DNA from: a virus
Taxonomy: Duplodnaviria > Caudoviricetes
DNA: 27,463 nucleotides
Reading direction: 5' to 3' (one strand)
IMG/VR virus record: IMGVR_UViG_3300044632_001706
Location: 1 to 27,463 of that record
Of the stretch, positions 1 to 5,367 are shown piece by piece. Position 1 is the first letter of the stretch; each line of letters opens with the position of its first letter. The notes under the pieces were generated by a model. That model did not search any database. It was not told where the DNA came from and saw only the letters and a program-made list of their open reading frames with translations. A program made the translations under genes and the position numbers.

Positions 1-1
1 A

Positions 2-232
2 ATAAATTTTAACGATTATCCTGCGTTTTTCAAACGCGGTAGTTTTTTTCGCAAGGTTGTTACCGAGAAATCTCTGACCGACGAGGAGCTTCTACGCATA
101 CCAAAAGAAAACAGACCGGAAACCGGAGAAACATTCAGCCGTTTTGTTGTTGAGCGCATTGATATGCCAAATTTCACCAAGGTAAAAAACCGAGAGGCCG
201 TGATATTTAACCAAGGGCAACCAGAAACATGA
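2..232 (+). CDS. C-terminal fragment of a probable tRNA(His) guanylyltransferase Thg1-like protein (5' end outside window)
   Basis: Manual translation of frame 2: INFNDYPAFFKRGSFFRKVV...IDMPNFTKVKNREAVIFNQGQPET*; IN(F/W)NDYPxxFKRG resembles the Thg1 C-terminal motif; TGA overlaps the next ATG (ATGA). Confidence 0.72.
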   Translation: MNFNDYPAFFKRGSFFRKVVTEKSLTDEELLRIPKENRPETGETFSRFVVERIDMPNFTKVKNREAVIFNQGQPET

Positions 233-399
233 ACAAGCCCCCGACTAAAGCCATCATGATTATTCAGAATTTCTATAAGGAAACCAAGTGGTTTGTGCGG
301 AATAGATCATCACGGAATTATCGGCGTATGAGCAAAAGGTGGAACAGTCGGTTGACAAGGCAATTTTGGAAAAAGGAGGACAAAAGCCATGACGCATAA
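229..399 (+). CDS. Small basic Arg/Lys-rich hypothetical protein (56 aa)
   Basis: Manual translation MNKPPTKAIMIIQNFYKETKWFVRNRSSRNYRRMSKRWNSRLTRQFWKKEDKSHDA; ATGA coupling to upstream gene. Confidence 0.6.
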   Translation: MNKPPTKAIMIIQNFYKETKWFVRNRSSRNYRRMSKRWNSRLTRQFWKKEDKSHDA

Positions 400-550
400 A
401 TACGAAAGAATCTCAAAGGTTATCAAGGAAACCTTTGGTGATGATTATGAGAACCTTGACCATGGGAATCTTGTACATTTGTGTTATGCGGTTTTAGAGG
501 AGTTTGAAAAAGAGGAAGAAGATGGAAACAAAATACCAAGAAAGAATTGA
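389..550 (+). CDS. Small acidic hypothetical protein (53 aa), paralog of 522..716
   Basis: AAGGAGG SD upstream of ATG 389; MTHKYERISKVIKETFGDDYENLDHGNLVHLCYAVLEEFEKEEEDGNKIPRKN. Confidence 0.75.
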   Translation: MTHKYERISKVIKETFGDDYENLDHGNLVHLCYAVLEEFEKEEEDGNKIPRKN

Positions 551-716
551 AAAACTGATTGAAGAAGAATTTGGACCACCTGAGCATTTTATTCAGGTTG
601 ATTATATGCAGATTGTGACATTTGCTTATAGAATCATAGACGAATTTTCCTTGAATCAAAAAGATAATATCAATGATTTTGTTGATAAATTTAATTCAAT
701 AAAGGTGACAAAATGA
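522..716 (+). CDS. Hypothetical protein (64 aa), paralog of 389..550
   Basis: ORF track 504..716; ATG 522 preferred because GAGGA SD precedes it and it aligns with the paralog start. Confidence 0.75.
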   Translation: METKYQERIEKLIEEEFGPPEHFIQVDYMQIVTFAYRIIDEFSLNQKDNINDFVDKFNSIKVTK

Positions 717-725
717 CTGAAAAAC

Positions 726-763
726 CTCCAACAAACCGGCGGGTCATGCTCGCTTTGTTGGAG
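726..763 (+). other. Stem-loop (10-bp perfect inverted repeat plus inner 5-bp stem)
   Basis: CTCCAACAAA 726-735 / TTTGTTGGAG 754-763; inner GCGGG-tcatg-CTCGC. Confidence 0.7.
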
Positions 764-781
764 ATTGTGGACAAAGCAATA

Positions 782-823
782 GGGCGCACAGTTGCCTACT
801 CCCCTCTGTGCGCCCGTTTTTTT
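782..823 (+). terminator. Intrinsic terminator at the convergence of + and - blocks
   Basis: GGGCGCACAG 782-791 / CTGTGCGCCC 806-815, 14-nt loop, followed by T7 (817-823). Confidence 0.75.
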
Positions 824-1121
824 AGTACTTCCTTAAGCGTTGAATGTCGCGATCCAGGTCATCAGGGCCAAACGTATCCATTTTAGCGGCCTTGGGGATG
901 TCCCTATCCCTTAACAGGGCTTGTTGCGGCTCTGAATAGTGCAGGGGCTTCTCTGGCTCGAATTGAGGGATTGTAACCACACCTGTGATGGTCATGCCGA
1001 TCATCATCATAATCAAGGCAGACGTGCTCTGCATTTTGATTTGGATGTGATTAACGGGGATCATTTGAGACAGTGCCCACATGACGGCGGCGGCGATAAA
1101 GAGGTATTGAAACGGTAACAT
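822..1121 (-). CDS. Small membrane protein, two predicted TM segments
   Basis: AAGGAG SD before ATG 1121 (MLPFQYLFIAAAVMWALS...); two hydrophobic stretches. Confidence 0.75.
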   Translation of the reverse strand: MLPFQYLFIAAAVMWALSQMIPVNHIQIKMQSTSALIMMMIGMTITGVVTIPQFEPEKPLHYSEPQQALLRDRDIPKAAKMDTFGPDDLDRDIQRLRKY

Positions 1122-1168
1122 GGTAACTCCTTTGTTGGTTGGTATATGCACCATACAGAACAAAGATT

Positions 1169-1183
1169 AAGAAACGGTTTCAC
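1169..1183. promoter_or_regulatory. Operator-like palindrome GAAAC-G-GTTTC
   Basis: AAGAAACGGTTTCAC, intergenic; same core as sites at 3443, 3464, 4975 and 5006. Confidence 0.6.
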
Positions 1184-1186
1184 ATT

Positions 1187-1318
1187 TTATTGTTTTTCTA
1201 ATTCATTTTTTAGTTTTAAGACTAAGGGCCCTACGGCTGCGGGAAGGGGTTTGCCTATCATAGATTTAAGGATTGCGCCTTTGAGAAGGTAAATCAGGGT
1301 GTAGATTTCGTATTGCAT
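1187..1318 (-). CDS. Small hypothetical protein (43 aa)
   Basis: 3' part of track ORF 1187..1486; ATG 1318 starts just after the stop of the upstream gene and fills the gap. Confidence 0.55.
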   Translation of the reverse strand: MQYEIYTLIYLLKGAILKSMIGKPLPAAVGPLVLKLKNELEKQ

Positions 1319-1322
1319 GGTT

Positions 1323-1583
1323 TTAATCCAAGATCGAATAGGTTTTGTATTGTTCCTGCTCTTTTTGTTTTTTCCGTTTATAGGCGCGCCGCTTTTGCAA
1401 GGAAAAATAAATGGATTCCCATAGGGACACCAAGGCAATGAACAATCCCAGCACGGCCACAGGAAGCCATACGGGGGCCATGACAACGGACCAGGATAAT
1501 GTTAGGTCATCATGATACTTGACGTACCCAAGAAGGGCTGAGGAGGCTATAAGGGCCAGGGAAATGTATAGGCATGGTTTCAT
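1323..1583 (-). CDS. Small two-TM membrane protein with SWxxVxxPxW motif and basic tail
   Basis: GAGGGA SD before ATG 1583 (MKPCLYISLALIA...LSWSVVMAPVWLPVAVLG). Confidence 0.75.
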   Translation of the reverse strand: MKPCLYISLALIASSALLGYVKYHDDLTLSWSVVMAPVWLPVAVLGLFIALVSLWESIYFSLQKRRAYKRKKQKEQEQYKTYSILD

Positions 1584-1590
1584 ATTTCCC

Positions 1591-1812
1591 TCACGATAAT
1601 TGATTAAAGGTGCGGTTACAGAAAAACCTGAGAGCATGGCACAGGATCGGAAACGCCAAAACTTTGATAATTTTGTCTGCGTCTTCGGTCATGCCGGCGA
1701 TATAATACAATGCCAAGATGGGCAAAAGGATTATCAAGAAAAAGTTTCCTATGTTTTTTAAGAAGTAGCTTGTCAAAAACAGGGCTTTTTTAAGATGTTC
1801 TTTGTTGTCCAT
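1591..1812 (-). CDS. Small membrane protein
   Basis: GAGGGA SD before ATG 1812 (MDNKEH...FFLIILLPILALYYIAG). Confidence 0.7.
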   Translation of the reverse strand: MDNKEHLKKALFLTSYFLKNIGNFFLIILLPILALYYIAGMTEDADKIIKVLAFPILCHALRFFCNRTFNQLS

Positions 1813-1819
1813 TTTTCCC

Positions 1820-2053
1820 TCACGATACGATTTTGTAGTGTTCTGTCCATTCACGCGGCATGGACGCTTTAAGCATCATCAGGTCATGATTGATATTCTT
1901 GATCTCCACCTTGCACTCTGCCAGCGTTACGGCGGAAGGACGGCCTTTCTCATTTACAAAGAGGGCCTTATGTCCGGCTTTTTCCATTTGGTCCATGCAA
2001 AGGCTATAGAAGCCAAGGTCGCGTAGTTTTTGGATGTAGATGGTGTTAATCAT
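1820..2053 (-). CDS. Hypothetical protein
   Basis: 77-aa ORF tiling the operon; GGAGG upstream. Confidence 0.7.
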   Translation of the reverse strand: MINTIYIQKLRDLGFYSLCMDQMEKAGHKALFVNEKGRPSAVTLAECKVEIKNINHDLMMLKASMPREWTEHYKIVS

Positions 2054-2055
2054 GG

Positions 2056-2361
2056 TTATTCAGCCTCCTCTAGCGTTCCGTTTTTTTGAATAATTTTGAC
2101 GAAGTCACTTCTGACGTTGGACCACATTACTCCTTGTAGCCATGTGCCGCCCCTCCAAACGCCATCTTCCCAAATGCCATCTTCCCAAACGCCATCTTCC
2201 CAAACGCCAAATCTCCATTGAAGTTCGTCTGCAGTTATGTTGATAATTGCTGAATGAAACGTAGCTGTTTTTAACCATGGGAATTTTTCCTCCGCTTCTT
2301 CGGGTACTCCGCCAATAATTCTGTCGTATTTTTGTTTGATAGTAGTTTGGGTTTTAATCAT
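2056..2361 (-). CDS. W-x-x-G-x pentapeptide-repeat protein
   Basis: WRFGV WEDGV WEDGI WEDGV WRGGT WLQGV; AAGGAG SD. Confidence 0.8.
   Translation of the reverse strand: MIKTQTTIKQKYDRIIGGVPEEAEEKFPWLKTATFHSAIINITADELQWRFGVWEDGVWEDGIWEDGVWRGGTWLQGVMWSNVRSDFVKIIQKNGTLEEAE
2155..2209. repeat. 15-bp tandem repeat, about 3.7 copies (CCAAAYGCCATCTTC)
   Basis: Copies at 2155, 2170, 2185 and partial at 2200; encodes WEDG(V/I). Confidence 0.95.
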
Positions 2362-2373
2362 TGATTTTCTCCT

Positions 2374-2556
2374 TTAGTTTTTTTGGATATTAAGGCAAGC
2401 CAGTTGAGAGCCCCAAACTTGTCCTGTTTTTTTATCTGTAATTTTTATTATCCATCCTCCCCGGCGCTCATATACAATCCGATAATCAAACCGCGGGTGT
2501 TCTCGGTTGGCCTGTTCCTCAAATGCTTCTCGTTGTTCAGATGTCATATCAGTCAT
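2374..2556 (-). CDS. Hypothetical protein (60 aa)
   Basis: Track ORF 2374..2592; ATG 2556 preferred (GGGGAG SD, ATGACTGA overlap with upstream stop). Confidence 0.7.
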   Translation of the reverse strand: MTDMTSEQREAFEEQANREHPRFDYRIVYERRGGWIIKITDKKTGQVWGSQLACLNIQKN

Positions 2557-2833
2557 TGGGTTTCTCCCCGGGGTTGTAATGGCTTGCTCCACTTTTAATT
2601 CCAGTGATTAAAATTTCCCATATAGGGCTATGGGGGAAATGCTTTTTTGCTGTCTCTAGGCAACTAAACACAGGACAAAAACCATCGCAATTCTCCATGG
2701 TTTCTTTATCTTGGCGGAATATTGTGTTATTTTCTGCCATGGTAGTTTGCCCATCAAGATCATAATATTTTACATCAGCCCATCTATGGTAATTGATCAC
2801 CAAATAACGCATTGTTTTATTGTCTTCAGTCAT
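2549..2833 (-). CDS. Hypothetical protein
   Basis: 94-aa ORF, ATGACTGA overlap with the HTH gene. Confidence 0.7.
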   Translation of the reverse strand: MTEDNKTMRYLVINYHRWADVKYYDLDGQTTMAENNTIFRQDKETMENCDGFCPVFSCLETAKKHFPHSPIWEILITGIKSGASHYNPGEKPND

Positions 2834-3008
2834 CGCTTTCTTCCTTTAAAATCTTATCCATCATCAGTTTAACGCTTTTTGGAACCTTAACTGTTCCCGC
2901 CTCATAGTGAACAATCATGCGCGGTGTTGATTTTCCTAGTGCCTCAGCAAGTTCTGCCTGGCTTAGTCCTAAAGATAATCGGGCGGCTCTAAATTCTTCT
3001 TTGGTCAT
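2826..3008 (-). CDS. XRE/Cro-family helix-turn-helix transcriptional regulator
   Basis: FRAARLSLGLSQAELAEALGKSTPRMIVHYEAG...VP is a canonical HTH_XRE pattern. Confidence 0.92.
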   Translation of the reverse strand: MTKEEFRAARLSLGLSQAELAEALGKSTPRMIVHYEAGTVKVPKSVKLMMDKILKEESDD

Positions 3009-3199
3009 TTATTTGGCTTCCTCTCTTTATCTTTTTGTGCCCAAATTTCCCTCATACGATCAATGCTTAGGACCTTTCCTAAAGGAAACGCTGGCTTTTC
3101 TGGGTCAATATCTTGGTATCTAAAGCAGCGGTTACACACGGGGCCGTCCATGCTCTTTCCAATGTGTTTTTCCTCTGCATTGCAAAAACGACAATTCAT
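3005..3199 (-). CDS. Small zinc-finger-like protein (CxxC...CxxC)
   Basis: CRFC and CNRC; ATG 3199 follows a GAGGTGA SD by 5 nt (track uses GTG 3208). Confidence 0.7.
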   Translation of the reverse strand: MNCRFCNAEEKHIGKSMDGPVCNRCFRYQDIDPEKPAFPLGKVLSIDRMREIWAQKDKERKPNK

Positions 3200-3209
3200 C
3201 TCACTCACC

Positions 3210-3401
3210 TCAGCCTATAAAAAAGTATTGAAAAAGCATAAAAAATCCCGTGCCTATCGCCGCTAAGATGAAAGAAAACACTAGCAAAATAAGTGTCATC
3301 TCTTGTTTTGTGGCTTTTTTGCCATACTCTTTTTCACATTCCACAAGGCTTTCTCTTAGAACATCGTCAAGTTCTTCAAGGAAAGACTTTTTATCATTCA
3401 T
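3210..3401 (-). CDS. Small protein with C-terminal TM segment
   Basis: GAGGTGA SD before ATG 3401; hydrophobic tail LILLVFSFILAAIGTGFFMLFQYFFIG. Confidence 0.75.
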   Translation of the reverse strand: MNDKKSFLEELDDVLRESLVECEKEYGKKATKQEMTLILLVFSFILAAIGTGFFMLFQYFFIG

Positions 3402-3434
3402 CTCACTCACCTCTCATGTTTGTATCTTACACAC

Positions 3435-3476
3435 ACAATAGCGTAACGGTTTCGTGTTGTCAAGAAATAATTTCAC
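3435..3476 (-). promoter_or_regulatory. Sigma70-type promoter with two operator sites
   Basis: Minus strand TTGACA (3463-3458), 17 bp, TATTGT (3440-3435); operator cores GTAACGGTTTC 3443-3453 and GAAATAATTTC 3464-3474. Confidence 0.85.
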
Positions 3477-3694
3477 TATACACAATATACAGCAAGGCAT
3501 TTTTTAAATTCTGGATCTTGTCTTTGTGCCTTCGTGCAATTTTGGATAGCTCGAGAATAGCGCAACGCAACGCCAGTAAAATCAATCAATGTTTCCCTTT
3601 TGATATGGATTATTTCATCGGAATCAACGTTTTCAGGAAAAAACAAAGAAACAAGAAATTCTTTATCTGAGATTATTTTTTCTTTATCAGTCAT
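3476..3694 (-). CDS. Hypothetical protein, paralog of 3931..4116
   Basis: 72-aa ORF; EFLVSLFFPENVDSDEII aligns with EWLVSKYFPDAVNPNDII. Confidence 0.75.
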   Translation of the reverse strand: MTDKEKIISDKEFLVSLFFPENVDSDEIIHIKRETLIDFTGVALRYSRAIQNCTKAQRQDPEFKKCLAVYCV

Positions 3695-3713
3695 GGCGAT
3701 TCTTTCGTTAGGG

Positions 3714-3908
3714 TTAAACGGGAAGGTATCCGATTTGTAGGGCTTCTTTCACGGTGTATTGTCCGAAGTATTTCGCGGCTTGTTTGCTGATAAATTCCAC
3801 GCGCTCCATTTTGGTAAACAGCGTTTTGCCTTGTGACTTCACGATATAGGCAGGAACGTATCCACCGCGCTTGCCTCTGATGATTCGTAGGATGATTTTG
3901 GTGTTCAT
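3714..3908 (-). CDS. Small basic hypothetical protein
   Basis: AAGGAG SD before ATG 3908; 64 aa. Confidence 0.75.
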   Translation of the reverse strand: MNTKIILRIIRGKRGGYVPAYIVKSQGKTLFTKMERVEFISKQAAKYFGQYTVKEALQIGYLPV

Positions 3909-3930
3909 GGTTATTCTCCTTTTTCAATTT

Positions 3931-4116
3931 CTATTGGTACAAGGCTTTGGGATTGTTTAATTCTTCCATTTGTTCCATGCTTTTTGTGTAATAAAAAACA
4001 GAGTTCAAAACCCGTATAAACTTCTCTTTTTCAAGGGAGATTATATCGTTTGGGTTTACCGCATCTGGAAAATACTTAGATACAAGCCACTCTATGTGTT
4101 TGTTGATTTCAATCAT
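3931..4116 (-). CDS. Hypothetical protein, paralog of 3476..3694
   Basis: AAGGAG SD; 61 aa. Confidence 0.75.
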   Translation of the reverse strand: MIEINKHIEWLVSKYFPDAVNPNDIISLEKEKFIRVLNSVFYYTKSMEQMEELNNPKALYQ

Positions 4117-4149
4117 GGTAATTACTCCTTTGAGTGATAATTAAATTTT

Positions 4150-4395
4150 TTATCCGATACAGATTTCTTCGCCGTCTATTTCAAGGTCCATTGTTAGGTC
4201 CTCTCTCCAATCGGAAAACTTTTTGATCATTTCAGCTTTGTCCTTTTTGGATAGGGCAACACAGTACGAATACTGGCGTAACTTGTTTTCTGGGCTTGGT
4301 TTTTTAAATGAAATTTGACTTAAAACATAAACGCTTTTTGCGTTTTTTATGATTTCTAGGGCTTCTTTTATGGGGTAAGGTTTAAAGTCTGTCAT
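4150..4395 (-). CDS. Hypothetical protein
   Basis: GGAG SD in a CA-rich leader; 81 aa. Confidence 0.75.
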   Translation of the reverse strand: MTDFKPYPIKEALEIIKNAKSVYVLSQISFKKPSPENKLRQYSYCVALSKKDKAEMIKKFSDWREDLTMDLEIDGEEICIG

Positions 4396-4421
4396 AGTTT
4401 TTACTCCGTGTTGGTTGTTGT
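4391..4421 (-). repeat. 31-bp leader/RBS/start repeat, second copy at 4926-4956 (29/31 identical)
   Basis: gtcatagtttttactccgtgttggttgttgt vs gtcatggtttttactccgtgttagttgttgt. Confidence 0.9.
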
Positions 4422-4428
4422 GTTTGTT

Positions 4429-4461
4429 AAAAAGGAAGGGGACAATAAGTCCCCACCCTTT
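4429..4461 (-). terminator. Intrinsic terminator after 4467..4769
   Basis: Minus strand GGGTGGGGAC-TTATT-GTCCCCTTCC-TTTTT. Confidence 0.7.
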
Positions 4462-4466
4462 GCGGA

Positions 4467-4769
4467 TTAAAGTTTTGTGTAAAGGCCGGTAAAAGCCGTA
4501 AATTTTGGCTGTAGGTCATCGAAATAAAGGCCGTCGATCTTTTCAAGTTCTTTTAGGCCCTTGTTAGCGGAGACGTAGCCAAACATCATCGTGTAGAGGT
4601 CAAGGCCCGCGTCATAAATCACTTTCACGTAGTTACAGCGGGTTTTGTTTCTACCGATTCTGAAACTCAAAGCATCTTCTCTGGCTAAAAAGTTTTTGGC
4701 ACCCGTCATAGCAACAAAGCGATTGCCGCCCAGTTGCTGAAAAATTGTGTTGGCTATTGTGTTGGTCAT
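4467..4769 (-). CDS. Conserved phage early protein of unknown function
   Basis: IANTIFQQLGGNRFVAMTGAKNF...F.AFTGLYT pattern recalled from phage hypothetical proteins; AAGGA SD. Confidence 0.85.
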   Translation of the reverse strand: MTNTIANTIFQQLGGNRFVAMTGAKNFLAREDALSFRIGRNKTRCNYVKVIYDAGLDLYTMMFGYVSANKGLKELEKIDGLYFDDLQPKFTAFTGLYTKL

Positions 4770-4789
4770 GGCTTGGTTTCCTTTGTTGG

Positions 4790-4930
4790 TTAAAAAAGCT
4801 CTTTTAATAATTCCTTAACAAGATCATCATCGCGACTTGTTAGGGCTTCTTGTATTTGCTCGTCTTCCAGTGCAATTTCTGGACAAATGGTCAGTGATTC
4901 GCAAAGTGATACAAATTGATTTGCAGTCAT
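4790..4930 (-). CDS. Small acidic protein (46 aa), first gene after the early promoter
   Basis: Manual translation MTANQFVSLCESLTICPEIALEDEQIQEALTSRDDDLVKELLKELF; GGAG SD; below the ORF-track cutoff. Confidence 0.8.
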   Translation of the reverse strand: MTANQFVSLCESLTICPEIALEDEQIQEALTSRDDDLVKELLKELF

Positions 4931-4967
4931 GGTTTTTACTCCGTGTTAGTTGTTGTCTTGATAACCT

Positions 4968-5018
4968 ACTATACGAAACTATTTCCTATCTGTCAAGAGA
5001 AAAGTGAAATTATTTCAC
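4968..5018 (-). promoter_or_regulatory. Strong sigma70-type early promoter with two operator sites
   Basis: Minus strand TTGACA (4996-4991), 17 bp, TATAGT (4973-4968); GAAACTATTTC 4975-4985 and palindrome GTGAAAT-T-ATTTCAC 5004-5018. Confidence 0.9.
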
Positions 5019-5073
5019 ATAATAAAAAAGCCACAAGAAAAACCCAAAGTAAAAAGATGTAGTTTTTATTCAC

Positions 5074-5102
5074 TTGACAGTGCTGTTTGTGTTTGTTACA
5101 AA
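5074..5102 (+). promoter_or_regulatory. Candidate rightward sigma70-type promoter
   Basis: TTGACA 5074-5079, 17 bp, TG-n-TACAAA 5097-5102 (lacks the conserved last T). Confidence 0.5.
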
Positions 5103-5142
5103 GCCTTGCGCGCGTAAACTTAATATCTCAATACCCTGATTG

Positions 5143-5168
5143 TTGAATAACCATTAAGATATTCTTAA
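5143..5168. promoter_or_regulatory. Tandem TTAA-N7-TTAA (CtrA-box-like) sites
   Basis: TTGA-ataacca-TTAA-gatattc-TTAA; related sites at 4804-4819, 5254-5268 and 5407-5421. Confidence 0.4.
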
Positions 5169-5191
5169 AAACACATACGCCTAGGGGTATT

Positions 5192-5263
5192 TAGGGGAGC
5201 GGCAGATAGGCGTTAGCCTATCGGCGAGCGTCCCCTATGAAACAAACCCAGCGTTAGCTGGTT
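5192..5263 (+). other. Structured intergenic element: two hairpins sharing a GC-GTTA-GC loop (candidate ncRNA/leader or DNA signal)
   Basis: TAGGGGA..GATAGGC-GTTA-GCCTATC..TCCCCTA 5192-5237; AACCCAGC-GTTA-GCTGGTT 5245-5263. Confidence 0.65.
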
Positions 5264-5289
5264 CTTAAGGGGAAGTCTATTCAAAATCT

Positions 5290-5367
5290 TTATCTTGAAA
5301 GAGGATTCAGTGATAAGAAAAACCCCAGCAAGATAACAACGACTAAGCCTAATGTTTGCTCGTACAT
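5290..5367 (-). CDS. 25-aa single-TM hydrophobic peptide
   Basis: AAGGAG 6 nt before ATG 5367; MYEQTLGLVVVILLGFFLSLNPLSR; CA-rich leader like other early genes; TATATT -10-like hexamer upstream. Confidence 0.65.
   Translation of the reverse strand: MYEQTLGLVVVILLGFFLSLNPLSR

Noticed and set aside
713-886. 57-aa ORF from ATG 713 with ATGA coupling and AAGGTGA SD
   Set aside because: It runs through both hairpins and the terminator and overlaps the opposite-strand gene; more likely a remnant or spurious, so not listed as a CDS
2155-2209. Short repeat array as a mini-CRISPR
   Set aside because: Repeats are contiguous with no spacers and encode in-frame WEDG(V/I) units
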